Shown piece after piece: positions 55,105 through 64,000 of a stretch of 64,000 nt of DNA. The notes beneath the pieces are model-generated. The model did no database searches. It was given only the letters and a program-made list of their open reading frames with translations, and was not told the DNA's origin. This stretch comes from Herbidospora yilanensis. Lineage in GTDB: Bacteria > Actinomycetota > Actinomycetes > Streptosporangiales > Streptosporangiaceae. A program made the translations under genes and the position numbers. Position 1 is the first letter of the stretch, and the number at the start of each line of letters is the position of its first letter. The stretch is taken from positions 264,984-328,983 of the forward strand of contig NZ_BBXE01000013.1 of NCBI RefSeq assembly GCF_001570565.1, given 5' to 3'.

Positions 55105-56364
55105 ATGGACACCGGAGCCGGGAAAATATTCCGCATGCTCATCGTGCACAACGCCGCCCTCCGCGGCCGCCCGGGCCGGTGGTCGCTGACCGCCGAGCGG
55201 GGCCGCATCACCTCGATCGGCCCCGATTCCGGCACGACCCCCGCCGCCCCCGCCCTCGACGCCGAGGGCAACCTGGTCACCGAGCCCTTCGTCGACGCCC
55301 ACCTCCACCTCTGCAAGGTCCACACGCTCGACCTGGCGGGCGGGGGGCCGCTGGCGGCGTACACGAAGGGGACCATGGGCGCGGCCATGGACGCCATCGA
55401 CGGCGCCTCGGCCGTGAAGGCCGGCCAGACCGAGGAGGCCGTCACCGAACGCGCCCGGTCGGCCCTGGTCGAGTCGGTCCGCCACGGGGTGCGGGCGGTG
55501 CAGGCCTTCGCCGACGTCGACCCGGTGGCCGGGCTGACCGGGGTGCGGGCCCTGCTGGCGCTGAAGGAGGAGTTCCGGGAGTTCGTGGACGTCAGGGTCG
55601 TCGCCTTCCCCCAGGACGGCCTGCTGAAGGCCCCCGGCACCGAGGAGCTCGTCGAGCGGGCGGTCGGCCTCGGCGCCGACGTGGTCGGCGGGATCCCGTG
55701 GATCGAGTTCACCGACGCCGACGCCGCCGAGCACGTGAGGCGCATGGTCGCGCTGGCGAAGCGCACCGGCAGGCGGGTCGCGATGCTCGTCGACGACGCG
55801 GGCGACCCCGGCCTGCGCACCACCGAGACCCTGGCCGCCGAGCTCCTCGCGCAGGACATGACCGGCCGGGCGAGCGCCCAGCACGCCCGCGCGATGGCCC
55901 TCTACCCCGAGCCCTACCTGCGCCGGCTGACCGGGCTGCTCGCCAAGGCGGGCCTCGGGCTGGTCAGCGACCCGCACACCGGCCCGCTCCACCTGCCGGT
56001 CCTCCCCCTGACCGACGCCGGGATCCCGGTCGCGCTGGGCCAGGACGACATCGAGGACGCCTACTACCCGTTCGGCCGCCACAACCTCCTGGAGGTCGCC
56101 TTCCTGGCCGCGCACCTCCTCGGCCCGGACCGCCTCGACGACCTGTACGACATGGTCACCACCACCGCCGCCCAGGTGATCGGCCGGGAGTCCGGCGGTT
56201 TGAAGGAGGGCGCCGCGGCCGACTTCGTCGTCCTCGACGGCACGACGATCAGGGAGGCGCTGACCCGCCACAACCCGCCCCGGCACGTCGTCGTGGGCGG
56301 CCGGGTGATCGCCTCGACGAAGTCCCGGACCCACTTTCCCGCGTTCCCCGGAAAATCGGCGTAA
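55105..56364 (+). CDS. Amidohydrolase (cytosine-deaminase-like)
   Basis: NLVTEPFVDAHLHLCKVHT, DDAGDPGLRTTETLA, VALGQDDIEDAYYPFG... Confidence 0.87.
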   Translation: MDTGAGKIFRMLIVHNAALRGRPGRWSLTAERGRITSIGPDSGTTPAAPALDAEGNLVTEPFVDAHLHLCKVHTLDLAGGGPLAAYTKGTMGAAMDAIDGASAVKAGQTEEAVTERARSALVESVRHGVRAVQAFADVDPVAGLTGVRALLALKEEFREFVDVRVVAFPQDGLLKAPGTEELVERAVGLGADVVGGIPWIEFTDADAAEHVRRMVALAKRTGRRVAMLVDDAGDPGLRTTETLAAELLAQDMTGRASAQHARAMALYPEPYLRRLTGLLAKAGLGLVSDPHTGPLHLPVLPLTDAGIPVALGQDDIEDAYYPFGRHNLLEVAFLAAHLLGPDRLDDLYDMVTTTAAQVIGRESGGLKEGAAADFVVLDGTTIREALTRHNPPRHVVVGGRVIASTKSRTHFPAFPGKSA

Positions 56365-56447
56365 CCCCCTTTATGGTGAGGTCTCGGTGCGGAGTGACGC
56401 GTGTACGGACGGTCACCGCAAGAGACCTTTCCCCTGATGGAGGCCCC

Positions 56448-56825
56448 GTGCAGGCGGACGACCTGGCCGGGCTGGCGACCGACGAGCGGTTCCGCCTGCT
56501 CAAAACACGCTTCCGGCGACTGGCGCTGACGATCGTTGGAGCGTTCCTCGGCTGGTATTTCCTCTACATCGCCCTGTCGGCGTTCGCCCGCGACTTCATG
56601 GCCATGCCCGCGATCGGCAACGTCAACGTCGCGCTGCTGCTCGGGGTGCTCCAGTTCGTCTCGACGTTCGCGCTGGCCTGGCGCTACACCCGGTACGCCC
56701 GGCGGAAGCTCGACCCGCTGTCGGCCGAGCTGCGCGACGAGGCCGGTCAGCGCCAGGCCGAACGCGAACGGGAACGCCGCATCCTGGCCGAGCGCCACCG
56801 CATCGAGAACTGGACGCGCCGATGA
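56448..56825 (+). CDS. DUF485 family membrane protein
   Basis: RLLKTRFRRLALTIVGAFLGWYFLYIALSAFARDFMAMPAIGNVNVALLLGVLQFVSTFALAWRYTRYA; 4-nt overlap with symporter gene. Confidence 0.88.
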   Translation: MQADDLAGLATDERFRLLKTRFRRLALTIVGAFLGWYFLYIALSAFARDFMAMPAIGNVNVALLLGVLQFVSTFALAWRYTRYARRKLDPLSAELRDEAGQRQAERERERRILAERHRIENWTRR

Positions 56826-58468
56826 CCATCGGGCTGTTCGCCGTCTTCATCGTGATCACCCTCGGGGTGACGATCTGGGCCCGCGTCAACACCAGGGGCA
56901 CCGACGACTTCTACGCCGGCGGCCGGGCGTTCTCCGGCGCGCAGAACGGCCTGGCCCTCGCCGGCGACTACATGTCGGCGGCCTCGTTCCTGGGCATCGC
57001 CGGCATCATCGCGTTGTCGGGCTACGACGGGTTCCTCTACTCGATCGGCTTCCTGGTGGCGTGGCTGCTGACGCTGCTGCTGGTCGAGCTGATGCGCAAC
57101 GCCGGCCGGTTCACCATGGCCGACGTGTTGTCCTACCGGGTGGGCAGGCGGCCGATGGTGCGCACCGCCGCCGCCGTCTCGACGGTGACCGTGTCGGTGT
57201 TCTACCTGGTCGCGCAGATGGTCGGCGCGGGCGCGCTGGTCTCGCTGCTGCTCGGCATCCACCCGGGCGAGACGTTCATGGGCATCTCGCCGGAGGCCGC
57301 CCAGGTCATCACGATCCTGGTCGTCGGCATGATGATGATCTTCTACGTCAGCTACGGCGGCATGAAGGGCACCACCTGGGTGCAGATCATCAAGGCCGTG
57401 CTGCTGATGGCCGGGACCACCGCGCTGACCGTCCTGGTGCTCAGCAGGTTCGGCTTCAACCTGAGCGAGATGCTGGGCGCGGCCGACGCCCGCAGCGGCC
57501 GGCCCGGCGAGTTCCTCAACCCCGGCCAGCGCTACGCCAAGGACGCCGACGGCATCGTCGGCAAACTCGACTTCGCCAGCCTGGCGGTCGCGCTGGTGCT
57601 CGGCACCGCCGGGCTGCCGCACATCGTCGGCCGGTTCTTCACCGTCCCCGACGCACGCGCCGCCCGCACGTCGGTGAACTGGGCGATCGGCCTGGTCGGC
57701 GCCTTCTACCTGATGACCCTCGCGCTCGGATTCGGGGCGACCGCGCTGGTCGGCCAGGAGGCCATCACCGCCCAGGACCCGTCGGGCAACACGGCGGCGC
57801 TGCAACTCGCGCAGGCGGTCGGCGCGTCGGTGGCCGGCCCGGTCGGCGGCGAGATCCTGCTCGCCTTCATCGGCGCGGTGGCGTTCGCGACGATCCTCGC
57901 CGTGGTGTCCGGGCTGGTGCTGGCGTCGTCGACGTCGCTGGCCCACGACTTCTTCGGGCACGTGCTGATGTTCGGCAAGCCGAAGGAGTCGCAGGAGGTC
58001 GCGGTGGCCCGCTTCTCCGCGTTCGTCATCGGCGTGTTCGCGGTCTTCCTGGCCGTGCTGGTACGCGATATGAACGTGGCGTTCCTGGTCGCGCTGGCCT
58101 TCGCGATGGCCGCCTCGGCGAACCTGCCCGCGATCGTGTTGTCGTTGTTCTGGCGGCGCTTCAACTCGACCGGGGTGGTGTGCGGGATCTACGGCGGACT
58201 GCTGGGCTCGATCGCGCTCGTGGCGCTGTCACCGGTGGTGTCGGGCGGCCCGAGGTCGCTGCTGCCGCCGCCGGTCGACTTCCACGTGTTCCCGCTGGAG
58301 AACCCGGGTCTGGTGTCGATCCCGTTCGCGTTCCTGTGCGCGGTCGCCGGGACGCTGCTGAGCGGGGAGAAGTCGGATCCGGGCCGCTACTCGGAACTGT
58401 CGGTGCGCGCCCTCACCGGCGCCGGGGCCCACGGGCAGCCCGCGAAGAATGTCGGTGGTGCTCGTTAG
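56822..58468 (+). CDS. Sodium:solute symporter (cation/acetate symporter type)
   Basis: RVNTRGTDDFYAGGRAFSGAQNGLALAGDYMSAASFLGIAGIIALSGYDG..., preceded by DUF485 gene. Confidence 0.92.
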   Translation: MTIGLFAVFIVITLGVTIWARVNTRGTDDFYAGGRAFSGAQNGLALAGDYMSAASFLGIAGIIALSGYDGFLYSIGFLVAWLLTLLLVELMRNAGRFTMADVLSYRVGRRPMVRTAAAVSTVTVSVFYLVAQMVGAGALVSLLLGIHPGETFMGISPEAAQVITILVVGMMMIFYVSYGGMKGTTWVQIIKAVLLMAGTTALTVLVLSRFGFNLSEMLGAADARSGRPGEFLNPGQRYAKDADGIVGKLDFASLAVALVLGTAGLPHIVGRFFTVPDARAARTSVNWAIGLVGAFYLMTLALGFGATALVGQEAITAQDPSGNTAALQLAQAVGASVAGPVGGEILLAFIGAVAFATILAVVSGLVLASSTSLAHDFFGHVLMFGKPKESQEVAVARFSAFVIGVFAVFLAVLVRDMNVAFLVALAFAMAASANLPAIVLSLFWRRFNSTGVVCGIYGGLLGSIALVALSPVVSGGPRSLLPPPVDFHVFPLENPGLVSIPFAFLCAVAGTLLSGEKSDPGRYSELSVRALTGAGAHGQPAKNVGGAR

Positions 58469-58477
58469 CGTGGCCGC

Positions 58478-58984
58478 ATGGGCGTTCCCGGACGATTGAC
58501 CATGGCGGTCGACGCGCTCGATCTGAAGCCCGACGCGTGGGTGCTGGAGATCGGGTGTGGTCGTGGGGGCGCCGCGCGGCTGGTGCTGGAGAGGCTGACG
58601 ACCGGCCGTTATCTCGGCGTCGACCGGTCGGAGACCGCCATCAGGGCCGCGCGGGAGAAGGTGCCGGAGGGCGACTTCCGGTGTGCGGCGCTGGAGCGCC
58701 TGTCGGTCGAGGGCGAGTTCGACGTCATCTTCGCGGTCAACGTCAACCACTTCTGGGTGCGCGACCCGGCCGCCGAGATGGAGCGGCTGCTGGCTCTGCT
58801 GGCGCCGGGCGGCTCGCTCACGCTCGTCTACGAGACGCCCGGCGAGCGGTCGGCCGAGCTCGGCGGGCGATTGTCCGAGGTGTTCGCCCGCCACGGCCTC
58901 CGGCCCGAGGTGAGCGTGCTCGGGCCGAAGGTGTTCGCGGTGGCGGGTCAGTCGCCCAGGGCCTCCCAGACCTCCCACAGATGA
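58478..58984 (+). CDS. Class I SAM-dependent methyltransferase
   Basis: WVLEIGCGRGGAARLVLERLTTGRYLGVDRSETAI...LLALLAPGGSLTLVYE. Confidence 0.88.
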   Translation: MGVPGRLTMAVDALDLKPDAWVLEIGCGRGGAARLVLERLTTGRYLGVDRSETAIRAAREKVPEGDFRCAALERLSVEGEFDVIFAVNVNHFWVRDPAAEMERLLALLAPGGSLTLVYETPGERSAELGGRLSEVFARHGLRPEVSVLGPKVFAVAGQSPRASQTSHR

Positions 58985-59685
58985 CCGCTGACCGGCTGGT
59001 AGTAGACCTTCACCGTCACCGGGCCCGCGTGCCTGATGGCGTTGCGGAACGCCGTCGCGCTGCACGGCTTGGTGCCGATGCCGGCCTCCTCGTTGGGCAC
59101 GTTCGCGGTCCAGCCGTCGGAGCAGCTCTTCGTCACGCGGTTGAAACCGAGGTGGGTGTAGCGGAGCTTCACGGCGGCCCTGCCGGGGCGCTTGAACAAC
59201 ACCGTCCGGTCGTCGACGCGCTTCATCGAGCCGTAGGCGGTGACCGGGTTGGTCGGGACGGCGAGGAACTCGGCGACGGTGGTCAGCGACGGCGTGATGG
59301 TGATCTTCACCGGGGCGGGGCCGAGGCTGAGCACGAACTTGAGGTCGAGGGCGTCGCAGTCGGTGGTGCCCAGTCCCTTCTTGTCCTGCCTGATCCGGCC
59401 CTCGGTCTCCTTGAGGTCACATGCGGTGGTGATGCGGCGGAAGCGCACGCCGTCGGTGAAGATCCGGCGTTCCTTCGCGCCGGCGACGGTGGTCAGTTTG
59501 TAGCGGCGCACGCCGTGCTGCGTCACGAGCCTGGCCTTGGCGGGCGTGATGCGCAGGTGGTTGGAACCGTCCGCCCAGGCGTAGCCGTAGATGGTCTGTG
59601 TCTTCGCGGTGGCGGCGGCGGGTGTGGCCATGAGCGTGCTCGCGGCCAAGACGGTCACGGCGGCGGCGATCAGCGGGCGGGTCAT
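58948..59685 (-). CDS. Hypothetical secreted protein
   Basis: Signal peptide MTRPLIAAAVTVLAASTLMATPAAATA; no recognised domain. Confidence 0.7.
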   Translation of the reverse strand: MTRPLIAAAVTVLAASTLMATPAAATAKTQTIYGYAWADGSNHLRITPAKARLVTQHGVRRYKLTTVAGAKERRIFTDGVRFRRITTACDLKETEGRIRQDKKGLGTTDCDALDLKFVLSLGPAPVKITITPSLTTVAEFLAVPTNPVTAYGSMKRVDDRTVLFKRPGRAAVKLRYTHLGFNRVTKSCSDGWTANVPNEEAGIGTKPCSATAFRNAIRHAGPVTVKVYYQPVSGHLWEVWEALGD

Positions 59686-59842
59686 TCGGTTTCCCCCGGG
59701 GGTGGTCGGTTCGTGCTGAAAAACGTCTCTCGGGGAGTGGGACTCGCCGATGACGGTGAAAGTTCATGGCCCTCGACGGTCGTGACGCAACTGGAATCGC
59801 CCATGGGGGCGGGATGTTCTAGCAATTCGTGGAGGTAACGAG

Positions 59843-60652
59843 ATGTTCACACTGATGGCCGTGCACGCCCATCCCGACGACGAGGTGATGGGAACGGGCG
59901 GCACGTTCGCCCACTACGCCGCCCAGGGCGTGCGTACGGTGCTGGTGACGTGCACCAACGGAGAGCAGGGAGACGGGCCCGACGGGGTGAAACCGGGCCA
60001 GCCGGGCCACGACGACGAGGCGGTGGCGAAGGTCCGGCTGGCGGAGCTGCGCGAGTCGGCCGCCCATCTGGGCATCTCCGACGTGGAGCTGCTCGGCTAC
60101 CGCGACTCGGGCATGGACGGCTGGGACGGCAACGGCCACGAGCGCGCGTTCGCCAACGTCCCGGTCGACGAGGCGGCCGGGCGGCTGGCCGAGCTGATGC
60201 GGACCTACCGGCCGCAGGTGGTGCTGACCTACGACGAGAACGGCGGCTACGGCCACCCCGACCACATCCAGGCCCACCGGGTGGCGGCGCGGGCGGTCGA
60301 GCTGAGCGGCGTACCGGCGAAGTTCTACTACACCGCCACCCCGCGAAGCTGGATGAAGGACATGTACGACGGCATGGTCGCCGCCGGCATGGAGACCGAG
60401 GGCTGGGACGAGTACGAGAGCTGGACCACCCCCGACGAGAAGATCAGCGCGATCCTCGACACCTCGCCCTACGTCGAGCACAAGATCAAGGCGATCACCG
60501 CCCACGGCAGCCAGGGCGACAGCGCGTTCTTCCTGAGCCTGCCGCCCGACGTGCAGCGGAGCATGTTCTCGGGTGAGGCCTACACGCTGGTCAGGTCGAC
60601 GGTCCCGGCCGCCGAAGGGGTCGAGGACGACCTGTTCCGCGGGCTGCGTTAG
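59843..60652 (+). CDS. PIG-L family deacetylase (mycothiol amidase/deacetylase-like)
   Basis: MFTLMAVHAHPDDEVMGTGGTFAHYAAQGVRTVLVTCTNGEQGD...GYGHPDHIQAHRV. Confidence 0.9.
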   Translation: MFTLMAVHAHPDDEVMGTGGTFAHYAAQGVRTVLVTCTNGEQGDGPDGVKPGQPGHDDEAVAKVRLAELRESAAHLGISDVELLGYRDSGMDGWDGNGHERAFANVPVDEAAGRLAELMRTYRPQVVLTYDENGGYGHPDHIQAHRVAARAVELSGVPAKFYYTATPRSWMKDMYDGMVAAGMETEGWDEYESWTTPDEKISAILDTSPYVEHKIKAITAHGSQGDSAFFLSLPPDVQRSMFSGEAYTLVRSTVPAAEGVEDDLFRGLR

Positions 60653-61182
60653 GACGTGCGGCGGGCGCGCTCGGCGTCGACGTTGAGCGCCGCCCGCACC
60701 CCCGCCGGATCGGGCGCCACGCCGGTCCGGCGGATGGTCTCCGAGGTGATCTTCCCCGCCTGGAAGACCTTCGTGGCCTGCACGACCGTCTCCGAGCCGA
60801 AGTAGAAGGCGATGGCGACCGTCATGAACTGGCGCAGCGTGTCCCAGAACTCCTTGCGGTCGTCGAGCGGGCCGATGACGAACGCGTAGGTGTTCAGCAG
60901 CAGCCACGCCACGAACAGCGCGCCCGCGAGGGCCACCCGCATCTTCCTGACCGACGCGTAGAGGCCGAAGAACGCCACGATGCCGGTCAGCGTGACCGTC
61001 GCGCCGACGATCCACTGCTCGGTGAGCGTGGTCGGCACCGTGAGCAGGATCCACGACGTGGCGACCAGCGCGGTCAGCAGGAATCCGGTGAACACCAGGC
61101 CGCGTACCGAGACCTCCTCCGCGTCCCGCTTGTCGGTCAGGGAGAACATCGCGGGGCGCGGCGGCTGCACCGGCTCGGCCAT
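60649..61182 (-). CDS. Hypothetical membrane protein
   Basis: Multiple TM segments GLVFTGFLLTALVATSWILLTV, WIVGATVTLTGIVAFFGLYA, VALAGALFVAWLLLNTYAFV. Confidence 0.65.
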   Translation of the reverse strand: MAEPVQPPRPAMFSLTDKRDAEEVSVRGLVFTGFLLTALVATSWILLTVPTTLTEQWIVGATVTLTGIVAFFGLYASVRKMRVALAGALFVAWLLLNTYAFVIGPLDDRKEFWDTLRQFMTVAIAFYFGSETVVQATKVFQAGKITSETIRRTGVAPDPAGVRAALNVDAERARRTS

Positions 61183-61238
61183 ATGGAACGCTCCTGGGCG
61201 CGTCGATGATCAGGACAGCCCAGTGTCCGGTGAGCCGG

Positions 61239-63308
61239 TTAACCCGTGGTTACCACTTTGAATCGGCCGGGCAACCGATCGATCTCGGCGGCCCCGGCGG
61301 CGTCGACCGATACGGACACCGGCGTGCCGGCGACCACGAACCCGTCAGCGGTGACCGCGCCGAGGGGCGCGCCGGCCATCGGGCGCAGGTCGACCGTGCC
61401 GCCCGGCACGTCGGGGTAGAGGCCGACCGCCGCGTGGGCGATGACCACGGCGGCCGCCGCCGACCAGGCCTGCGGGCGGCAGGAGGCCGGGTAGGGCACC
61501 GGGCGGCCGACCGCGTCGCGGGCGTCGCCGGACAGCAGTTCGGGCAGCCGGTTCTCGAAAGGCTCGGCCGCGGCGAGCAGCCCCTCGGCGAGGACGGCGG
61601 CCTCGGCGCCGAAGCCGTCGCGGGCCAGGCCGGCGATGACGACGGCGGTGTCGTGGGGCCAGACCGAGCCGCAGTGGTAGGACAGCGGGCTGAAGCCCTT
61701 GTCGGCCGACGACATCGTGCGCAGGCCGAACCCGGCCGACATCTCGGGTGCGGCGAGGAAGGAGGCTACCCGGGCCGACTCCTCGTGGTTGAGGATGCCG
61801 GTCCCGAGCAGGTGGCCGATGTTGCTGGTCAGCGCATCGACCGGCCGCTTGTCGCGGTCGAGCGCGAGAGCGGGGTAGCCGCCCTCGACCCAGAACCGCT
61901 CGCGGAATCGGTGGGCCATCGCGGCGGCGTACGCGCGCCAGACGTCGGCGCCGGGGCGGCCGAAGGCGTCCAGGATCGCGGCGCCCTTGACGGCGGCCTC
62001 GTAGGCGTAACCCTGGACCTCGGCCAGGGCGATGGGCGGTTCGGCCAGGCTTCCGTCGTGGAACCTGACCGAGTCGCCGGAGTCCTTCCAGCCCTGGTTG
62101 GCCAGGCCGCGCCCGCTGGCGTCGATGTACTCCAGGAAGCCGTCGCCGTCGGGGTCGGCGTCGGTGGCCAGCCAGCTCAGGGCCGCCTCCATGGCCGGGA
62201 GCAGCGCCTCGACCTCCCCGTCGGGCAGGCCCCAGCGCCAGGCGTCGTGCAGCAGGCTGATCCACAGCGGGGTGGCGTCGATCGTGCCGTAGTAGGCGGC
62301 CGGGAGCCGCAGCCCGTTCACGGGCACCACGAACTCGCCCCTGCGGAGCTCGTGCATGATCTTGCCGGGGGCCTCGCCGGTCAGCGGGTCGTTCCTGACG
62401 CCCTGGCGGCGGGCCAGCACCCGCAGGGTGCCGCGCGCCAGCTCGGTGCCGAGCGGCAGCAGCATGCGGGCGGCCCACAGGCTGTCGCGGCCGAACACGG
62501 TCAGGAACCACGGCACGCCCGCCCCCAGGAAGGTGTCGGCGGGATGGCCGGTCTCGGTGAGGCGCAGGCCTTGGAGGTCGTCGAGACTCTGGGACAACAG
62601 ACGGCTCAGCCTTCTGTCCGTGACCGTCAAGGACGGACGCGTCCACTCGACCGGGCCCGGCGGCGCGGCCACGACGGCGGCCGGGTCGGTCACCATCACG
62701 CGCCAGCACAACGTCTTGGTCTCACCGGGTTCGAGGGTCACCTCCCAGCGCAGTTCACGCCCGTGCACCTCGGCCCCCTCGCCGGTCATCGCCACGGTGG
62801 TGCCGCCCGACGCCCAGGTCAGCTCGCCCGCGACCGGGGTCACCGGTTCGGCGACGTGGCCCGACTTGACGGTCTCGATGGCGGCCAGGTCGCAGTTCAC
62901 CCGCATCGCCACGGTCATGGCCACGGGCATGGTGGCGGTCGAGGCGATGGTGATCTCCTCGGCCATGCCGTACGCGCGGATCTCGCGCAGCCGGTCGACG
63001 CGGACCACCGGGTCGGGCTGCACGTCGCCGAGCCAGCGCGCCAGCGAGGTGAACCGGCTGCGGCCGGGGCCGGCGGCGGCGTGCGCGATCGGCTCGGCCT
63101 CCCGGCCGTCGATCAGCAAGACCGCCTCCGAGACCACCCGCCGGTCGGCGTGGAAGGTCCCCTGCACCCCGGCCGCCCGTATCTGGCCGTCGGCGCCGCT
63201 GAGCGCGCTCGTGGGCGCCATGACGGTGCTGACCAGGTCGTGCAGGAGCGGCTGCAGCCGGACGTCGGCGGCGGAGGGGGAGTCGGCAGGCACGCGGTGG
63301 TCCTTCAC
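61239..63308 (-). CDS. Glycogen-debranching/MGH1-like glycoside hydrolase
   Basis: FLGAGVPWFLTVFGRDSLWAARMLLPLGTELARGTLRVLARRQG, PGKIMHELR, LAEVQGYAYEA, SVWPHDTAVV. Confidence 0.87.
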   Translation of the reverse strand: MKDHRVPADSPSAADVRLQPLLHDLVSTVMAPTSALSGADGQIRAAGVQGTFHADRRVVSEAVLLIDGREAEPIAHAAAGPGRSRFTSLARWLGDVQPDPVVRVDRLREIRAYGMAEEITIASTATMPVAMTVAMRVNCDLAAIETVKSGHVAEPVTPVAGELTWASGGTTVAMTGEGAEVHGRELRWEVTLEPGETKTLCWRVMVTDPAAVVAAPPGPVEWTRPSLTVTDRRLSRLLSQSLDDLQGLRLTETGHPADTFLGAGVPWFLTVFGRDSLWAARMLLPLGTELARGTLRVLARRQGVRNDPLTGEAPGKIMHELRRGEFVVPVNGLRLPAAYYGTIDATPLWISLLHDAWRWGLPDGEVEALLPAMEAALSWLATDADPDGDGFLEYIDASGRGLANQGWKDSGDSVRFHDGSLAEPPIALAEVQGYAYEAAVKGAAILDAFGRPGADVWRAYAAAMAHRFRERFWVEGGYPALALDRDKRPVDALTSNIGHLLGTGILNHEESARVASFLAAPEMSAGFGLRTMSSADKGFSPLSYHCGSVWPHDTAVVIAGLARDGFGAEAAVLAEGLLAAAEPFENRLPELLSGDARDAVGRPVPYPASCRPQAWSAAAAVVIAHAAVGLYPDVPGGTVDLRPMAGAPLGAVTADGFVVAGTPVSVSVDAAGAAEIDRLPGRFKVVTTG

Positions 63309-63366
63309 GAAGTTGTGTCTTGACAGATCAAGAGCAGGGGTGCAGATTGCGAAACAATTCTCTAAC

Positions 63367-63408
63367 TTGAACGATCAAATCATGCATTACTTCCGTTTGA
63401 TCGTTCAA
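63367..63408. promoter_or_regulatory. Paired operator-like inverted repeats upstream of LacI gene
   Basis: TTGAACGATCAAA (63367-63379) and its exact reverse complement TTTGATCGTTCAA (63396-63408). Confidence 0.7.
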
Positions 63409-63427
63409 CCCCCCGAAAGGTGCACAG

Positions 63428-64000
63428 ATGGCCGACAAGGTGACGATCGCCGACGTGGCGCGCGCTGCCGGTGTATCTCGCCAGACGGTCTCCAACGCGC
63501 TGAACACCCCCGAGGTGGTCCGTGAGGAGACCCGGCGCCGGGTCCTCGACGTCGTCGAGGAGCTCGGCTACCGGGTCAACCAGGCGGCCCGCCAGATGCG
63601 GACCGGCCGGTCCCGGTTGATCGCCGCCCGCATCGACCCCGAGCAGGACGGCATCAACGGCTCGGTCGGCGACCGGTTCCTGCACGGCCTCACCGAGACG
63701 GCCGCCCGCGAGGGCTACCGGGTGCTGCTCTACACCGCCGACGGCGACGACGCCGAGACCGCCGCCTTCGACGACCTGCTCGGCGCGTACGAACCCGACG
63801 CCTTCGTGCTGATGGCCACCCACCACGGCGACCGGCGCACGAGCTGGCTGGCCGAGCGGGGTGTGCCGTTCGTCACCTTCGGCCGGGCGTGGAGCGAGCC
63901 GGACGCCCCCCACTGCTGGGTCGACGTCGACGGCGCCGCCGGCACCGAGGCCGCCACCCGGCACCTGCTCTCCCGGGGCCACCGCCGGATCGGCTTCCTC
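63428..64000 (+). CDS. LacI family transcriptional regulator (partial, runs off window)
   Basis: MADKVTIADVARAAGVSRQTVSNALNTPEVVREETRRRVLDVVEELGYRVNQAARQMRTGRS. Confidence 0.93.
   Translation, partial: MADKVTIADVARAAGVSRQTVSNALNTPEVVREETRRRVLDVVEELGYRVNQAARQMRTGRSRLIAARIDPEQDGINGSVGDRFLHGLTETAAREGYRVLLYTADGDDAETAAFDDLLGAYEPDAFVLMATHHGDRRTSWLAERGVPFVTFGRAWSEPDAPHCWVDVDGAAGTEAATRHLLSRGHRRIGFL

Noticed and set aside
54397-56334. 645-aa reverse ORF as one protein
   Set aside because: The real gene is only the 3' segment (YCII-like, 54397-54723); the rest is antisense or out of frame to the amidohydrolase and upstream YCII gene.
56536-59838. 1100-aa forward ORF
   Set aside because: Alternative frame through the DUF485, symporter and methyltransferase genes; no domain signature.

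Overview
High-GC actinobacterial chromosome segment (Streptosporangiales-like by gene style, which is inference). I called genes by reconciling the ORF track with start codons, overlaps and protein motifs read by eye. Most of the window is ordinary: a SARP/BTAD-AAA regulator, a two-component system, two LacI regulators with visible operators, a Ser/Thr kinase, mscL, a Tat-type sugar isomerase next to a PQQ-like dehydrogenase/PKD protein, MFS and SSS transporters, an acyl-CoA synthetase, tricorn protease, NAD kinase, sigma factor plus YCII proteins, and a glycoside hydrolase. The standout is a RiPP locus at about 37.8-51.6 kb. Five tandem, unannotated precursor genes (45247-46046, all below the ORF-track length cut-off) share a near-identical leader (M-S-E-L-I-A-G-Y-A-N-Y-A-S-T-E-A-I-L-x-E-R). 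Their cores contain no cysteine and, in three of five, are strictly alternating (Ser/Thr-X)8-9, e.g. TLTITISLTITVTISL and TVTVTWTLTVSWSYSWSY. They diverge from an overlapping six-gene operon: APH-like phosphotransferase, HopA1-family protein, LLM (likely F420-dependent) oxidoreductase, ABC exporter, and active plus inactive M16 peptidases. Downstream lies a LanM-like enzyme operon with a 66-aa Cys-less peptide and a large ATPase/LuxR-type regulator. My hypothesis is that alternate Ser/Thr are dehydrated and then reduced to D-Ala/D-Abu, giving alternating L/D, gramicidin- or polytheonamide-like beta-helical peptides without thioether rings. A secondary system of interest is an OB-fold/flotillin/giant AAA ATPase operon (26.3-33.5 kb). 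No database search was possible; all family calls come from motif recognition.
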